A stretch of 64,000 bases of DNA, from positions 3,273 through 67,272 of the IMG/VR virus record IMGVR_UViG_3300021387_000301. One strand, 5' to 3'. The stretch's first letter is position 1. Every line of letters begins with the position of its first letter. Source of the stretch: a virus. Its lineage: Duplodnaviria; Caudoviricetes. This document shows positions 17,931 to 27,425 of the stretch, piece after piece. Position numbers and translations under genes: made by a program. Below the pieces are notes generated by a model. That model did no database searches. It had not been told where the DNA came from and saw only the letters and a list, made by a program, of their open reading frames with translations.

Positions 17931-20681
17931 CTATGCGAAATCGAATGTCCTCACGTTTGCGATATGACTGCCGAGGAAAGAGGGTATCTCGGAATCCTCT
18001 CCCTTGACCTCGAAAATCTCAAACATAAGCAGTGCCTCTATGAAGTCAGGGGAATGGCCTACGAGGCTCTTGTGCTTCATCTGCTCCTTATGGATGAGAC
18101 ACCATCCCCTATCCTGCTTGCTCATATCCTGCCGTATGGCCTTGCGCTCCGTTTGCAGGATGGTGTAGAGGCGCATCGTTGTCTTGCCGATGATGAACTC
18201 CCTGTCGAGCAACGAAGGCTCGACGCTCCACTCCCCCTGCTGCGTATGCTGCGCGAAGGTGTAGGCGCACTGCGACTTGATGTTGTTGTACAGCTTGCGG
18301 TTCTCGTAGTCGGGAGCCTCTTGGTTGTTGAAAGGCACGGCATTGGGGAAAGCGCCTTTGAACACCTGCCCCATACCTTGAAGGTCGTATGTAAAGTTCT
18401 GCTCCAGCACACCCCACTCTTTCAGCTTGGCTTTGATGAGGGGTATCGTGGAGTAAGGATCGCGGCGGCATACGAAAACATCCTGAACGTGGTTGCCCAC
18501 CTTAAACCATGTCACGCAGTTGTCACCGCCGTCGCCTGCCACGTCGCACGAAGCCCTCTTAACCTTGTCGCCCAGCATCGCGGCATTATGGAAACATTTG
18601 TCGAGGTGGAAAGCCTGGATGAGGTCGTTGCCAGTGCGCACGATGTCCCAGTTGCCTTCAAGTTCGCGCGCCCTTATCTCTGGCGGCTGCTGGTAGAGGT
18701 TCTTGATATAGTCCTCATCGAGGGCCATAAGAGCCTTGTTGTCGAGGAGGTCGGCCTTGGTAAAGCGGAAGGACTTGACGAGGAATGTCTCGCGCGTATG
18801 GCCGAACTGCGCGAGGCTCGGCGACCACGCCTCATCCGCGATGTCCTTGATTTGGAGATAGACCTCGCGTGGTGTGTTGCCCCAAATGGTATTCTCCACG
18901 TTATCGTCGGGAGAATAGAAGTAGCGTGTCTTGCCGCTCCTTTCGGGGATGATGAACCCCTTGCGCTCCGGGTGCAGCTTGCCATCGGCGTATATAGTGT
19001 CGGCTTTGCCTATGTACCAGTCGAGGAAACGCCGCAGCCACGACAAAGGATCGGGGTTGCAGGTAAAGAGGATGCGCGACTTGATATTGTTGGTGTTTCG
19101 GTTCACCGTGGTAAGGAACTTGAACATCTTGAACGACATCTGCGGCACCTCGTCTATGCCTATATATGCGAACTGCTGTCCGCGATAGCGGTCGTCGAAA
19201 TCCTGATAGGCCATATCGAAATAGGAGAGACTGAGTTTGGCCCCGGAATGGAAGTACCAGGTCATATCGTCGCTGCTCCTATTGTACTTGCCGAGAGGTT
19301 CGTACCATTTGCGCGTCTCGCCGATGATGTTCTCAAAGTCACCTTTGTTCTTACGGAAAATGATGCCGTTGAAGTATTTGTTCGTGATGTCGGGCAGCGG
19401 CTTTGTCAGCAACATCGCCGTATTATGATTGATAGTGAAGGCATCGGTGAGATACAGGTGCTCGTTGCCAGTGATAGTGATACAGCGGCAGGGAGACTTG
19501 GCTGCATCTTTCCTTATCCACATAATCTTTTTCGTCAGCACCGTCTCATCGTAGCCTTCGGGGCGTTTCGTAGGCAGCTTGCCGTAGATGTGCGCTCTCG
19601 AAATATACATAGCGTTGGCGGTAAAGAACTTGCGGTCGTCGGGGGCTATGAACATAAGCCGCCAGTAACCGACCTTCGTGGGGTCGTCGTTGACCTCGGC
19701 CACGCGCGCCCAGATACCGAGGGAGCGCGCCAGCTGCGCCACCTGCTCCAGCAGTATCTTGTTGGCCATTTCAATGATCGGATGCTTTCTCCACGAACGG
19801 CCGTTGCGTTTCATCATCCCTGCAAGGAAATCCCAGCGGGCTTTCGGCGAGGCGAGCATATATGAGTCGGGGATGGTGGCGAAACCTTTTTTCCAAAGGT
19901 TGTCGTTGAAGATTTCCCTACGTTGTTTCGGTGATATGCCGCGCAGCCTTCTCGACACTCCGTTGTTGTCAACACCTATTTTCAAGCCTCTGCTGCGGGC
20001 TATTATGTTCAGCGTCCTGTCGGTCTTGGGTATTATGATACCGCCCCTATCGGCTTCCCACGTTCCTTGCCCGAGGATATAGCCGAGGAAGAACGGGTCT
20101 ATCGGCAGTTTCTCATCGGGGACGGAATTAAATTCCACCTCCCCGCAGAGAGGTATCTCAAACATGTGGAGGTGTTTGTTGCGGAGGGAATAGGGGTACG
20201 GCTTGTCAAGACGATAGATATCGAAAATCTCGCGCGCCTCCCACAGCCTGAAACGGTCGCTTTCCGTCTCGCGCCCCCAGAACCTATGATTATCCATACA
20301 CTTAAGCGATGAGCCGTCGTCGAAGAACAGCGTGTAGGTTGTCTGCTCTCCCTGCTCGAAGATGGCCGACACCTGCTGTATGCCTTCGTATGGCGTACAG
20401 ATATAGTCGCCCACCTCCAACTCGCCCATCCTGCGGAAACCGCTGGGTGTGGCTACGAGGGTGTTGTATGTGTTGGCCTTGCCCCCACCACGGTTGCCTC
20501 CTGTGCCATCGACATCGGCACAAGAGTGCTGTACGTGTTCCTGCGCCCCTTTCTGCGAAATGAAAGTCCTTGACGCTACTTTCTTTTTTCTTTTCTCTTC
20601 TTCTACAGAGCGCAGTTCCTCTACACTCTGCTGCGCATAGACGTTCCTTCCGTCTGCTGCGTGTAATATAATGTTGCCCAT
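17931..20681 (-). CDS. terL: terminase large subunit with intein
   Basis: Walker A GGNRGGGK|T split by the intein, Walker B YIGIDE, TCNP coupling motif, RNase H-like CDVAGDG and PDFIEAL. Confidence 0.92.
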   Translation of the reverse strand: MGNIILHAADGRNVYAQQSVEELRSVEEEKRKKKVASRTFISQKGAQEHVQHSCADVDGTGGNRGGGKANTYNTLVATPSGFRRMGELEVGDYICTPYEGIQQVSAIFEQGEQTTYTLFFDDGSSLKCMDNHRFWGRETESDRFRLWEAREIFDIYRLDKPYPYSLRNKHLHMFEIPLCGEVEFNSVPDEKLPIDPFFLGYILGQGTWEADRGGIIIPKTDRTLNIIARSRGLKIGVDNNGVSRRLRGISPKQRREIFNDNLWKKGFATIPDSYMLASPKARWDFLAGMMKRNGRSWRKHPIIEMANKILLEQVAQLARSLGIWARVAEVNDDPTKVGYWRLMFIAPDDRKFFTANAMYISRAHIYGKLPTKRPEGYDETVLTKKIMWIRKDAAKSPCRCITITGNEHLYLTDAFTINHNTAMLLTKPLPDITNKYFNGIIFRKNKGDFENIIGETRKWYEPLGKYNRSSDDMTWYFHSGAKLSLSYFDMAYQDFDDRYRGQQFAYIGIDEVPQMSFKMFKFLTTVNRNTNNIKSRILFTCNPDPLSWLRRFLDWYIGKADTIYADGKLHPERKGFIIPERSGKTRYFYSPDDNVENTIWGNTPREVYLQIKDIADEAWSPSLAQFGHTRETFLVKSFRFTKADLLDNKALMALDEDYIKNLYQQPPEIRARELEGNWDIVRTGNDLIQAFHLDKCFHNAAMLGDKVKRASCDVAGDGGDNCVTWFKVGNHVQDVFVCRRDPYSTIPLIKAKLKEWGVLEQNFTYDLQGMGQVFKGAFPNAVPFNNQEAPDYENRKLYNNIKSQCAYTFAQHTQQGEWSVEPSLLDREFIIGKTTMRLYTILQTERKAIRQDMSKQDRGWCLIHKEQMKHKSLVGHSPDFIEALLMFEIFEVKGEDSEIPSFLGSHIANVRTFDFA
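19422..20477 (-). mobile_element. intein (352 aa, Ala1) with degenerate LAGLIDADG-type endonuclease
   Basis: A-NTYNTLVATPSGFRRMGELEVGD N-terminus, block B NHRFW, block F CRCITI, C-terminal HN|T. Confidence 0.88.
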
Positions 20682-20709
20682 AATTCAGTAATTTCTTTAC
20701 TTTCAAGCG

Positions 20710-20811
20710 CAAAAATAGGTAATTACAAGGGTTTTACGGGGATTTTTAGTTAGAATGTGAAAAATTCTAACAAAATAAATCCACAATAATTAAAAATGGT
20801 GTATATCTTTG
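20710..20811. promoter_or_regulatory. divergent promoters for the packaging and capsid operons
   Basis: TATTTTTG on minus (20710-20717) and TATCTTTG on plus (20804-20811). Confidence 0.65.
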
Positions 20812-20873
20812 CGAAAATATTTTACAAATCTTGCAGAAAAACTGCAAACAACCCACTTCAAAAAAACATCACT

Positions 20874-21665
20874 ATGGAGAAAGAAACCCTTGTCTCTAAT
20901 CTGAAAACGAAGGCCGCAACAGATAACCTGAGCGACCGCAGCTACGAAGAGGTAGCCGAACTGTTCCTTGCTCAGTTCGCCGACGACTCCAAAGTCACCG
21001 ACGAGAGTTGGGATATTCCTGTCAAGATGCTCAAAACGATGTCTGGCCAGCTGCGCCACGACCTTTCGGCTGGAGTCAACGACTACAAGACGAAGTTCGA
21101 GGCCGAGAGCCAGAAAAAGCAGGAGACTGCCATCGCCGATGCCATCGCCGATGCCAAGGCCAAATGGCTCGAAGAGCAGGCTGGCAAGAAAACAACCCCG
21201 ACCGAGGACGTTGACAGCAAGATTGCAAAGTCAGTGGCCGACGCCCTGAGCAGTCTCACTTCGGAGAACGGCGCAATCGGCAAGTTAGGCAAGCAGTTCG
21301 AAACCCTCATGACGCAGATCGCTGCCGAGAAGAAAGCGCAGACGGAAGAAACTTTGCGCGAGGATATCCGGCAATACCTCCTTGGTCGCGGTGTGGATGA
21401 GGAAGACCCTGCCCTCTACTACACGATGAAGGATTTGGTTATCGGCGATAACCCCGACCTCGCCACCTTGAAGAACAAGGCCGAGAAGGACTACGAAAAC
21501 AACTACAAGCGGATTCACCGTGGCGAGGGCGGCAAGCCTTTCGGCGGCGGTTCTGCTGGCGGCAGCGGCGAGGAAACTCAGGCCGCCGAGTGGTTGAAAG
21601 GCCGCACTTCTATCACCAAGATGGAGGCCGAGGCTGCTGAGGCACGCAAGAAGCTGCTGAAATAA
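20874..21665 (+). CDS. capsid scaffolding protein (putative)
   Basis: Start MEKETL; coiled-coil with a Gly-rich C-terminal linker; upstream of the capsid genes. Confidence 0.65.
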   Translation: MEKETLVSNLKTKAATDNLSDRSYEEVAELFLAQFADDSKVTDESWDIPVKMLKTMSGQLRHDLSAGVNDYKTKFEAESQKKQETAIADAIADAKAKWLEEQAGKKTTPTEDVDSKIAKSVADALSSLTSENGAIGKLGKQFETLMTQIAAEKKAQTEETLREDIRQYLLGRGVDEEDPALYYTMKDLVIGDNPDLATLKNKAEKDYENNYKRIHRGEGGKPFGGGSAGGSGEETQAAEWLKGRTSITKMEAEAAEARKKLLK

Positions 21666-21710
21666 GCCCCGCCCCACTCAACCCGATTCTTAACTCTAAC
21701 ACGTCCCACT

Positions 21711-22337
21711 ATGATTGGTACTTTTAATCAGACCGTAAAGGCAAGCACGAACTTCGGCGGTGCCCTGGTTGTGTTCGAGGGCCATCCTGAACTGCTCATC
21801 GGCGGTTTCAACTTCAACCTCGACAACCTCCCTGCTGCTGGCGAGGTTCTGCCTTGTGGTACTCCCGTCTACTGCGACGAGAGCGCACGCACAATCACCC
21901 CTGTTATTACGGCCAAGGTGCTTGCCATCAGCGGCACTACGGTCACTATCGAAGACCACGGCTTCGGCAGTGTTCCCTTCAAGGTCGGTGCTACTGTTGC
22001 CGAACTTCCTGCGGACCTCTCCTCTGCCGCCGAGAACTACGCTACCATCGCATCGAAGGAAGGCAACGTCCTCACCCTCAGCGCAGCCGTCACGGGTCTC
22101 GCCGTTGGCGATGTCCTCGCTGAGGTTGACGCTACTTCCAAGAAGGTAAAGGCCGTTCCCAACGCCCTTCTGCCCTACGATGTCGTCCGCGATCCCTATG
22201 CTATCTCCGTTGACGGCGATGGTATGATTGGCAATGACCGCCCCGTTCTGGAGCGCCGTATGCCTGCCATCAACGATGCCATCAAGGCTGCTATCCAGGC
22301 CAACGGCCACAAGATCACTTTCAGCAACCGCAAGTAA
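21711..22337 (+). CDS. head decoration / capsid accessory protein
   Basis: 208 aa, beta-rich, between scaffold and major capsid genes. Confidence 0.6.
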   Translation: MIGTFNQTVKASTNFGGALVVFEGHPELLIGGFNFNLDNLPAAGEVLPCGTPVYCDESARTITPVITAKVLAISGTTVTIEDHGFGSVPFKVGATVAELPADLSSAAENYATIASKEGNVLTLSAAVTGLAVGDVLAEVDATSKKVKAVPNALLPYDVVRDPYAISVDGDGMIGNDRPVLERRMPAINDAIKAAIQANGHKITFSNRK

Positions 22338-22353
22338 AGAAAGGAGGTAAACT

Positions 22354-23529
22354 ATGGCTACGACACGTAACGCTAACATCTACAACACCTACGATTTCCG
22401 TCGCTATATGACGGACAACGATTTCAAGATTATCGTTGACGCTGCTAACGAGAAGTACAATGGCGCGCAGTGGCGCCGTCTTGGTGCATGGGACACTCCC
22501 AGCGACAGCAAGATTTGGAGCCAGGCTGCTAAGACCGTGCCCATCATGGCTCGCGCCTCCATCCTCTCGACGCACGCTCCCAAGCCCCTGCGCAGCTCCG
22601 CAGGCTGGAAGTTCTACACTGGCTCGACTCCTAAGTTCGGCCACGGCTATCAGTTCGACGAGGATGATATGTTCCTGCTCCGCGATGCCCGCAACAACAC
22701 GGGCCGTTCGCTGCAAGACCTCATCTTCGACGCTCTGTTCACCAACGCCCAGAACATCCTCGGTGGCATCCACAACGAGTTGACCCACATGGTCTATGAA
22801 CTCGCCTCCACTGGTGAGATTCACGATCAAGCTGTGGACGGCGCTCGCTACGATTTCACCTTCGATTTCGAGCAGTCGCAGTTCCAGGTTGTCACTCCCG
22901 CTTGGTTCACCGAGGCCGCAGATGGCACTGTCACTCCGCAGGAGACCTCCGGCGGCAGCACCGTGAATGTTATCAAGGACATTCTCGACCTCCAGCGCCT
23001 GCTCACCGTAGGTCAGAACCGCGAGGTCAACGCTTGGATGGTGAACATCGACACCCTTGCCATGATTGTCGATCATCCCTCTGTGCTGAAAGCATACGTT
23101 GCCAACAAGGATATTACTGCCGCCAATCAGGCAAACTACGTCGCCACACGCGACGAGTTGGTTGCGTTCCTGCACGCCAAGGGTGTATGGCCCATTATGG
23201 CCGTGGATTTCAAGAGCGTACACGAAGAGGACGGCAAACCCGTCGCCGACGCCCCTGCTTTCGACCCGCGCTATATGGTGGCCTTCAATGTCAACGAGAA
23301 CATGTTCGACATCAAGAACACCAACTCTATCTGGAAAGACCGTCAGCAGTACGGCGGCATAGCACGCAACACCATCTACTCCTTCGTAGAGGGTCGCATC
23401 GCTGCCCTGAGCACATGGTCCGAGAACCCGATTCACAACACTGTGGAGTTTGAGCTCTATGCTGGTCCCGTGTTCCGCAACCTGCGTAACTGGGCGCGCG
23501 TCAAGCTCTATTCCCACAATGGTGAGTAA
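22354..23529 (+). CDS. major capsid protein (HK97 fold, gpE-like)
   Basis: 391 aa, strong codon bias, PKFGHGY segment, position in the operon. Confidence 0.75.
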   Translation: MATTRNANIYNTYDFRRYMTDNDFKIIVDAANEKYNGAQWRRLGAWDTPSDSKIWSQAAKTVPIMARASILSTHAPKPLRSSAGWKFYTGSTPKFGHGYQFDEDDMFLLRDARNNTGRSLQDLIFDALFTNAQNILGGIHNELTHMVYELASTGEIHDQAVDGARYDFTFDFEQSQFQVVTPAWFTEAADGTVTPQETSGGSTVNVIKDILDLQRLLTVGQNREVNAWMVNIDTLAMIVDHPSVLKAYVANKDITAANQANYVATRDELVAFLHAKGVWPIMAVDFKSVHEEDGKPVADAPAFDPRYMVAFNVNENMFDIKNTNSIWKDRQQYGGIARNTIYSFVEGRIAALSTWSENPIHNTVEFELYAGPVFRNLRNWARVKLYSHNGE

Positions 23530-23543
23530 CAGCACTACAGGAT

Positions 23544-23936
23544 ATGGCCACATTGACCTTCCAAGAGTATCTGAACGGCAAAGTCAGGGACGTCACTGCC
23601 CCTGACGATGCCATTCGTACCATCTGCGCCGATGCAGGAGTAGAGGCCGACACGGACTATGCTACTGCCACGCAGCGTCAGAAGGACCTCGCCCTTGCAT
23701 ACTACTACGTGTGGATTGCAAGCCCTGTCCTCCAGACGGGTACGGCGCGCGATGCCGATGCCGATTGGGAGCATAGCGAGGGAGGCACACGTTTCTCGGC
23801 CAAAATCCTGGAGCGATATCTTGACATGGCAAACGAAATCTTCGAGGAATACGACCTGCCTTTGGTTGGCGTCGAGACTTGGGGTTTCGTTGGCCGTGGC
23901 TTCGGCAACCCGCTGAAAACACGTTATTCAAGATAG
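23544..23936 (+). CDS. head-tail adaptor (putative)
   Basis: 130 aa following the capsid gene; synteny. Confidence 0.55.
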   Translation: MATLTFQEYLNGKVRDVTAPDDAIRTICADAGVEADTDYATATQRQKDLALAYYYVWIASPVLQTGTARDADADWEHSEGGTRFSAKILERYLDMANEIFEEYDLPLVGVETWGFVGRGFGNPLKTRYSR

Positions 23937-23940
23937 CCCT

Positions 23941-24348
23941 ATGAGAGTCCATAACCCGCGTTTCCCACACACCTGCAAGATATGGAGAGTAGCTACGTCA
24001 AGCCCCCTTGTGGACGAGCCTGCGGACTACGACCCTATGGCAGACGAGGAAGATGTTCTTAGCCCCGAAACGGAAGAGTCGGAGGTTACAATGAACATCA
24101 TCTACGAAGGCGAGTGCAGGGCTTACAGCAAGAACACTACATCGGACAGGGGAGAAGTTATAACCTCGTATCGAGGACTCGCCCTGCCTATCACACAGGA
24201 TGAGTGGACTGCGCTGGGCTTTGCCCCGCAGGAAGGCGACCTTCTATGGGTCGAGCGTAGCGGCTATCGGGAATACGGCAGCGTAATCGACAAGCTCCCC
24301 GCGAATTTCGGAGGTACACACTTGACTTGGAGATATGGACGCGAATAA
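23941..24348 (+). CDS. head closure protein (putative)
   Basis: 135 aa, FPHTC N-terminus; synteny. Confidence 0.55.
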   Translation: MRVHNPRFPHTCKIWRVATSSPLVDEPADYDPMADEEDVLSPETEESEVTMNIIYEGECRAYSKNTTSDRGEVITSYRGLALPITQDEWTALGFAPQEGDLLWVERSGYREYGSVIDKLPANFGGTHLTWRYGRE

Positions 24349-24883
24349 GAAAGCCGTGCGTGACGGCATTAAGGCATTCCGCGACACTGTTATCCTTGAT
24401 GAGGTCGACAAGACCGCAGCTTTCCTTTGCGAACGGCTTATAGCCAACGCCGTTCTTAACAGGCAGAACGCCCCCGGTGCGCACGATTTCACTGGCAACT
24501 TGCTCAACTCCATTGTCACGGGTTACTATCTCGACGGCGAACTCCGGGCTTTTTTCAGAGCCGAGAGCGCAGGCGTCAGACCTTCGAGGTACTACAAGAT
24601 GAGGGCATCACACGGCACTTATTTCTTCAAGTACGACTATCGCGGGCGCAAAAGCTACTACAAGCCCACTATCGAGACGGATGGCGGCAAAGGTGTAGAG
24701 GATGCTGAAATGTTCATCATGACCTACACTCCGCGCATACGCAACGGCTTTGAGATTGTGGTAGCCTACACAACCGAATACGCTACGTGGGTCGAGAACG
24801 AACGCAGGACAACAGGTTTTATGAACACCCTTGCTTGGGCGAAAAAGGCTTGCAGGGTCAATTTTATACCTATTAACGCCTAA
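24335..24883 (+). CDS. neck / tail completion protein (HK97 gp10-like)
   Basis: FTGNLLNSI and EYATWVE motifs. Confidence 0.6.
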   Translation: MDANKKAVRDGIKAFRDTVILDEVDKTAAFLCERLIANAVLNRQNAPGAHDFTGNLLNSIVTGYYLDGELRAFFRAESAGVRPSRYYKMRASHGTYFFKYDYRGRKSYYKPTIETDGGKGVEDAEMFIMTYTPRIRNGFEIVVAYTTEYATWVENERRTTGFMNTLAWAKKACRVNFIPINA

Positions 24884-24888
24884 AAGAC

Positions 24889-25314
24889 ATGGCAGCGACA
24901 TCGACTATAGGAAAGATATACGAGGACTTGGTAGGTCTCGCATCCGAGGCCATCGAAACCAAATATATATTCCCCGGAGAACGTCCGAACACCTCCAAGG
25001 AGGGCACGCCCCTGACGAGTTTTCTTGTGGTGAACTTGCCTACACCGCTGGAGAACCTGATGGTTGGTTACAAGAAGAAAGTGCTCTACACGGATGGCAT
25101 CATTCATGTCTTTGTCAAGGGCAAGAGCAACAACACCCTCAATGTCAATGCGACGGGCAACCTCGTAGACAAGGTGCTGGATGCTTTCCCCTATGTCGGG
25201 AAATGCTGCTCTTGCATAAGACCTGTCGTGCGTATGCGCGGTGCTGATGAATACGGATATCACTACGCTACTATCTCTTTCGATATCGAGACAAAAGTCA
25301 ACGCTTTTTCCTAA
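24889..25314 (+). CDS. tail terminator (putative)
   Basis: 141 aa before the tail tube gene; synteny. Confidence 0.55.
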   Translation: MAATSTIGKIYEDLVGLASEAIETKYIFPGERPNTSKEGTPLTSFLVVNLPTPLENLMVGYKKKVLYTDGIIHVFVKGKSNNTLNVNATGNLVDKVLDAFPYVGKCCSCIRPVVRMRGADEYGYHYATISFDIETKVNAFS

Positions 25315-25345
25315 CACAACACGTTTAACATAAAAAACAACGAAT

Positions 25346-25903
25346 ATGGCAAACGTAAGTAATGCTTCCGGCGTTTTCACTGGCATTAGTGAACTTCACG
25401 TCATTTCCGGCGGTTTCTCCGCAGGATTTACGCTCCCTTCTGGCGGCACTCTCACTGAGATTCCCGTCGCCGAGGACAGCGGTTTCTCATACACTGGCGG
25501 CACTCCCTCGGTGGAGAGCTACCGCATCCACGGCCTCACTACACCTTGGTCAACCCGAATGACCCCCGGTGACTCCGAGGTCAACCTTTTCGTCCCGCAG
25601 GTCACTCAGGAGCTCCTGACCCTCTTCGGTTTCACCGCTACCGCTGTCTCCATCGCCTCTCTCGCAGGTAAGAAGTGGAGCGGCACCAAGTTCAAGGAGA
25701 CTTCCTCGGAGGTCAACCTTGGCATCGCCGCCATCAACAGCGACCAGACCCAGCTGTTCGCCATCAAGAAGGTCAAGCTGCTCGCCACTATCGTCTTCGA
25801 CGATGCTGCCAGCGCCAAGCCCGTCGGCATCCAGCTTACTGGCGCTTCCGTCGCTGGTGGCGATGAGGATGCTATGGCCATCTGCGAGATTGACGCAGCT
25901 TAA
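25346..25903 (+). CDS. major tail tube protein
   Basis: 185 aa, Ser/Thr/Gly-rich, highly biased codons; synteny. Confidence 0.7.
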   Translation: MANVSNASGVFTGISELHVISGGFSAGFTLPSGGTLTEIPVAEDSGFSYTGGTPSVESYRIHGLTTPWSTRMTPGDSEVNLFVPQVTQELLTLFGFTATAVSIASLAGKKWSGTKFKETSSEVNLGIAAINSDQTQLFAIKKVKLLATIVFDDAASAKPVGIQLTGASVAGGDEDAMAICEIDAA

Positions 25904-25995
25904 TCTCTATCTGTCATTTTCTAATCAGTCGGCGCGGCTCAGGGTGATAGCTGATGCCGCGCCGACATCCTTTTTCTAACGGCTAACCAAACAAT

Positions 25996-26538
25996 ATGTC
26001 AAGCAGCGAACCGAAAATCAAGCAGCCGACGGCCGAGGCGCAGCGCACCTACGCCTCCATACGTGACAACGATGCTTCCGTGGTCACTATCCTCGGCACT
26101 AAGAAAACCTACAAGATACGATGGCTAAAGAATGGGCAGGTAGACAGGCTCTCCCGTCTGCTCATCCGCAAGGGCGACACCGACAACGAGGATGTCGATG
26201 GCACGGACCCTTTGGATGCCATTATGGAGGATTCCAAGATAGCCTGCAAGGCTGCTGCCATCATCATCCTTGACGGCTACTGGAAACTGAAATTCCGCTA
26301 TTGGTTTCTTTGGCGCTGGTTCTACTATATCAGGCAGTACGACAACGTGCAGCTACAGCCGATACTCGACGAGGGCAAAAAAAAAATTCCGCTCACGCAG
26401 TTCTTAATGACTACCATGTCCTTGACCGAGGCAAGGGCTACGCTGATGAACATGAGAACGGAAGAAGCCGAGCATATCCTTCAAGAACTCGCTTCGGCGC
26501 AGCAGGAGGAGACGGAAAAGCCCGACAGTGGCTCTTGA
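25996..26538 (+). CDS. tail assembly chaperone (G-like)
   Basis: Between tail tube and tape measure; contains an A10 slippery run. Confidence 0.65.
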   Translation: MSSSEPKIKQPTAEAQRTYASIRDNDASVVTILGTKKTYKIRWLKNGQVDRLSRLLIRKGDTDNEDVDGTDPLDAIMEDSKIACKAAAIIILDGYWKLKFRYWFLWRWFYYIRQYDNVQLQPILDEGKKKIPLTQFLMTTMSLTEARATLMNMRTEEAEHILQELASAQQEETEKPDSGS

Positions 26539-26822
26539 TGCCGCGCGACTATTTCTGCGGCCTTGTCCGTATCCCTCTGTATGACTACTATTGGGGCCTT
26601 ACGGCCGCGCAGGTTGAACTGCTCTCCGTTGACCAGCCTATCGTAGTTTGGAAGAAGGAGAAGGAGAAAGAGAAACCATGGAAGGACGGCAAGGTCGAGG
26701 AAGGCTATGCCGAGCGCCAGTATCGCAAATGGCTGGAGAAAAAGAAACAGCGCGAGAAGAGCGGCAAGAAGATCAATTTCATGGAATACCTCCAAAAAGA
26801 GGTCAAGAAAAACAAGGAATAA
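26538..26822 (+). CDS. second tail chaperone ORF (T-like, possibly reached by -1 frameshift)
   Basis: The -1 frame is open from 26301; TGATG overlap. Confidence 0.55.
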   Translation: MPRDYFCGLVRIPLYDYYWGLTAAQVELLSVDQPIVVWKKEKEKEKPWKDGKVEEGYAERQYRKWLEKKKQREKSGKKINFMEYLQKEVKKNKE

Positions 26823-26824
26823 TG

Positions 26825-26856
26825 AAAAAGCGCAGGTCGTTATGCCTGCGCTTTTC
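26825..26856. terminator. bidirectional intrinsic terminator
   Basis: AAAAGCGCAGG-TCGTTATG-CCTGCGCTTTT between converging genes. Confidence 0.8.
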
Positions 26857-26859
26857 TTC

Positions 26860-27255
26860 TTACTTGATTCTTTTGAATCTCTTGACCTTGCCCCGCTGAG
26901 TGAACGCAAGGCTCTCATCCGTCAGTTCCACGATGCCCACATTGTAAGCCAGGTGCGAGGGGGCGTTACCGCCGTTTTCCACGATGTTATCATCCGTGGC
27001 CTGCACTGCGCCTGTGCGCTGGAAATAAATGGAGTCTGCATCCATCTTGTACGTGCCTTTGAACCACATATCGGTAGTGAAGAAACCCAAATCGGAATGG
27101 AGTTTTTCCTCAAACGTACCGTCGTTGTTGAAAGTGTAGGTGACAGTCGCATACTCGTTGTTCTCGGACGTCCACTGCCCTACAACCTTGCTGCTTTTGG
27201 AACAGGAAATGCAGCATAGCAATGCTGACATTAGAAGAAAAGAAATGCGTTTCAT
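26860..27255 (-). CDS. lipoprotein (lipocalin-like), moron
   Basis: MKRISFLLMSALLCCISC lipoprotein signal, VVGQW motif, own TACCTTTG box at 27282-27289. Confidence 0.75.
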   Translation of the reverse strand: MKRISFLLMSALLCCISCSKSSKVVGQWTSENNEYATVTYTFNNDGTFEEKLHSDLGFFTTDMWFKGTYKMDADSIYFQRTGAVQATDDNIVENGGNAPSHLAYNVGIVELTDESLAFTQRGKVKRFKRIK

Positions 27256-27425
27256 AGTTTGTTGTTTGTTTGGTGTCGAGACAAAGGTACGGCAAAAAGA
27301 GACACTATGGAACACAATAAACGAATTGTTATAATTCTTTAACTAACTGATTTTTACGCCCTGCTGTTATATTGTAAAGATTTTTCATATATCTTTGCGC
27401 AAAGAATTACAAAAACTACGCTACT

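Noticed and set aside
17964-19865. Long antisense ORFs (633 aa here; also 22321..23553, 30099..31106, 31251..32384, 35139..36098)
   Set aside because: Shadow frames opposite well-supported genes, expected from biased codon usage; no motifs or start signals.
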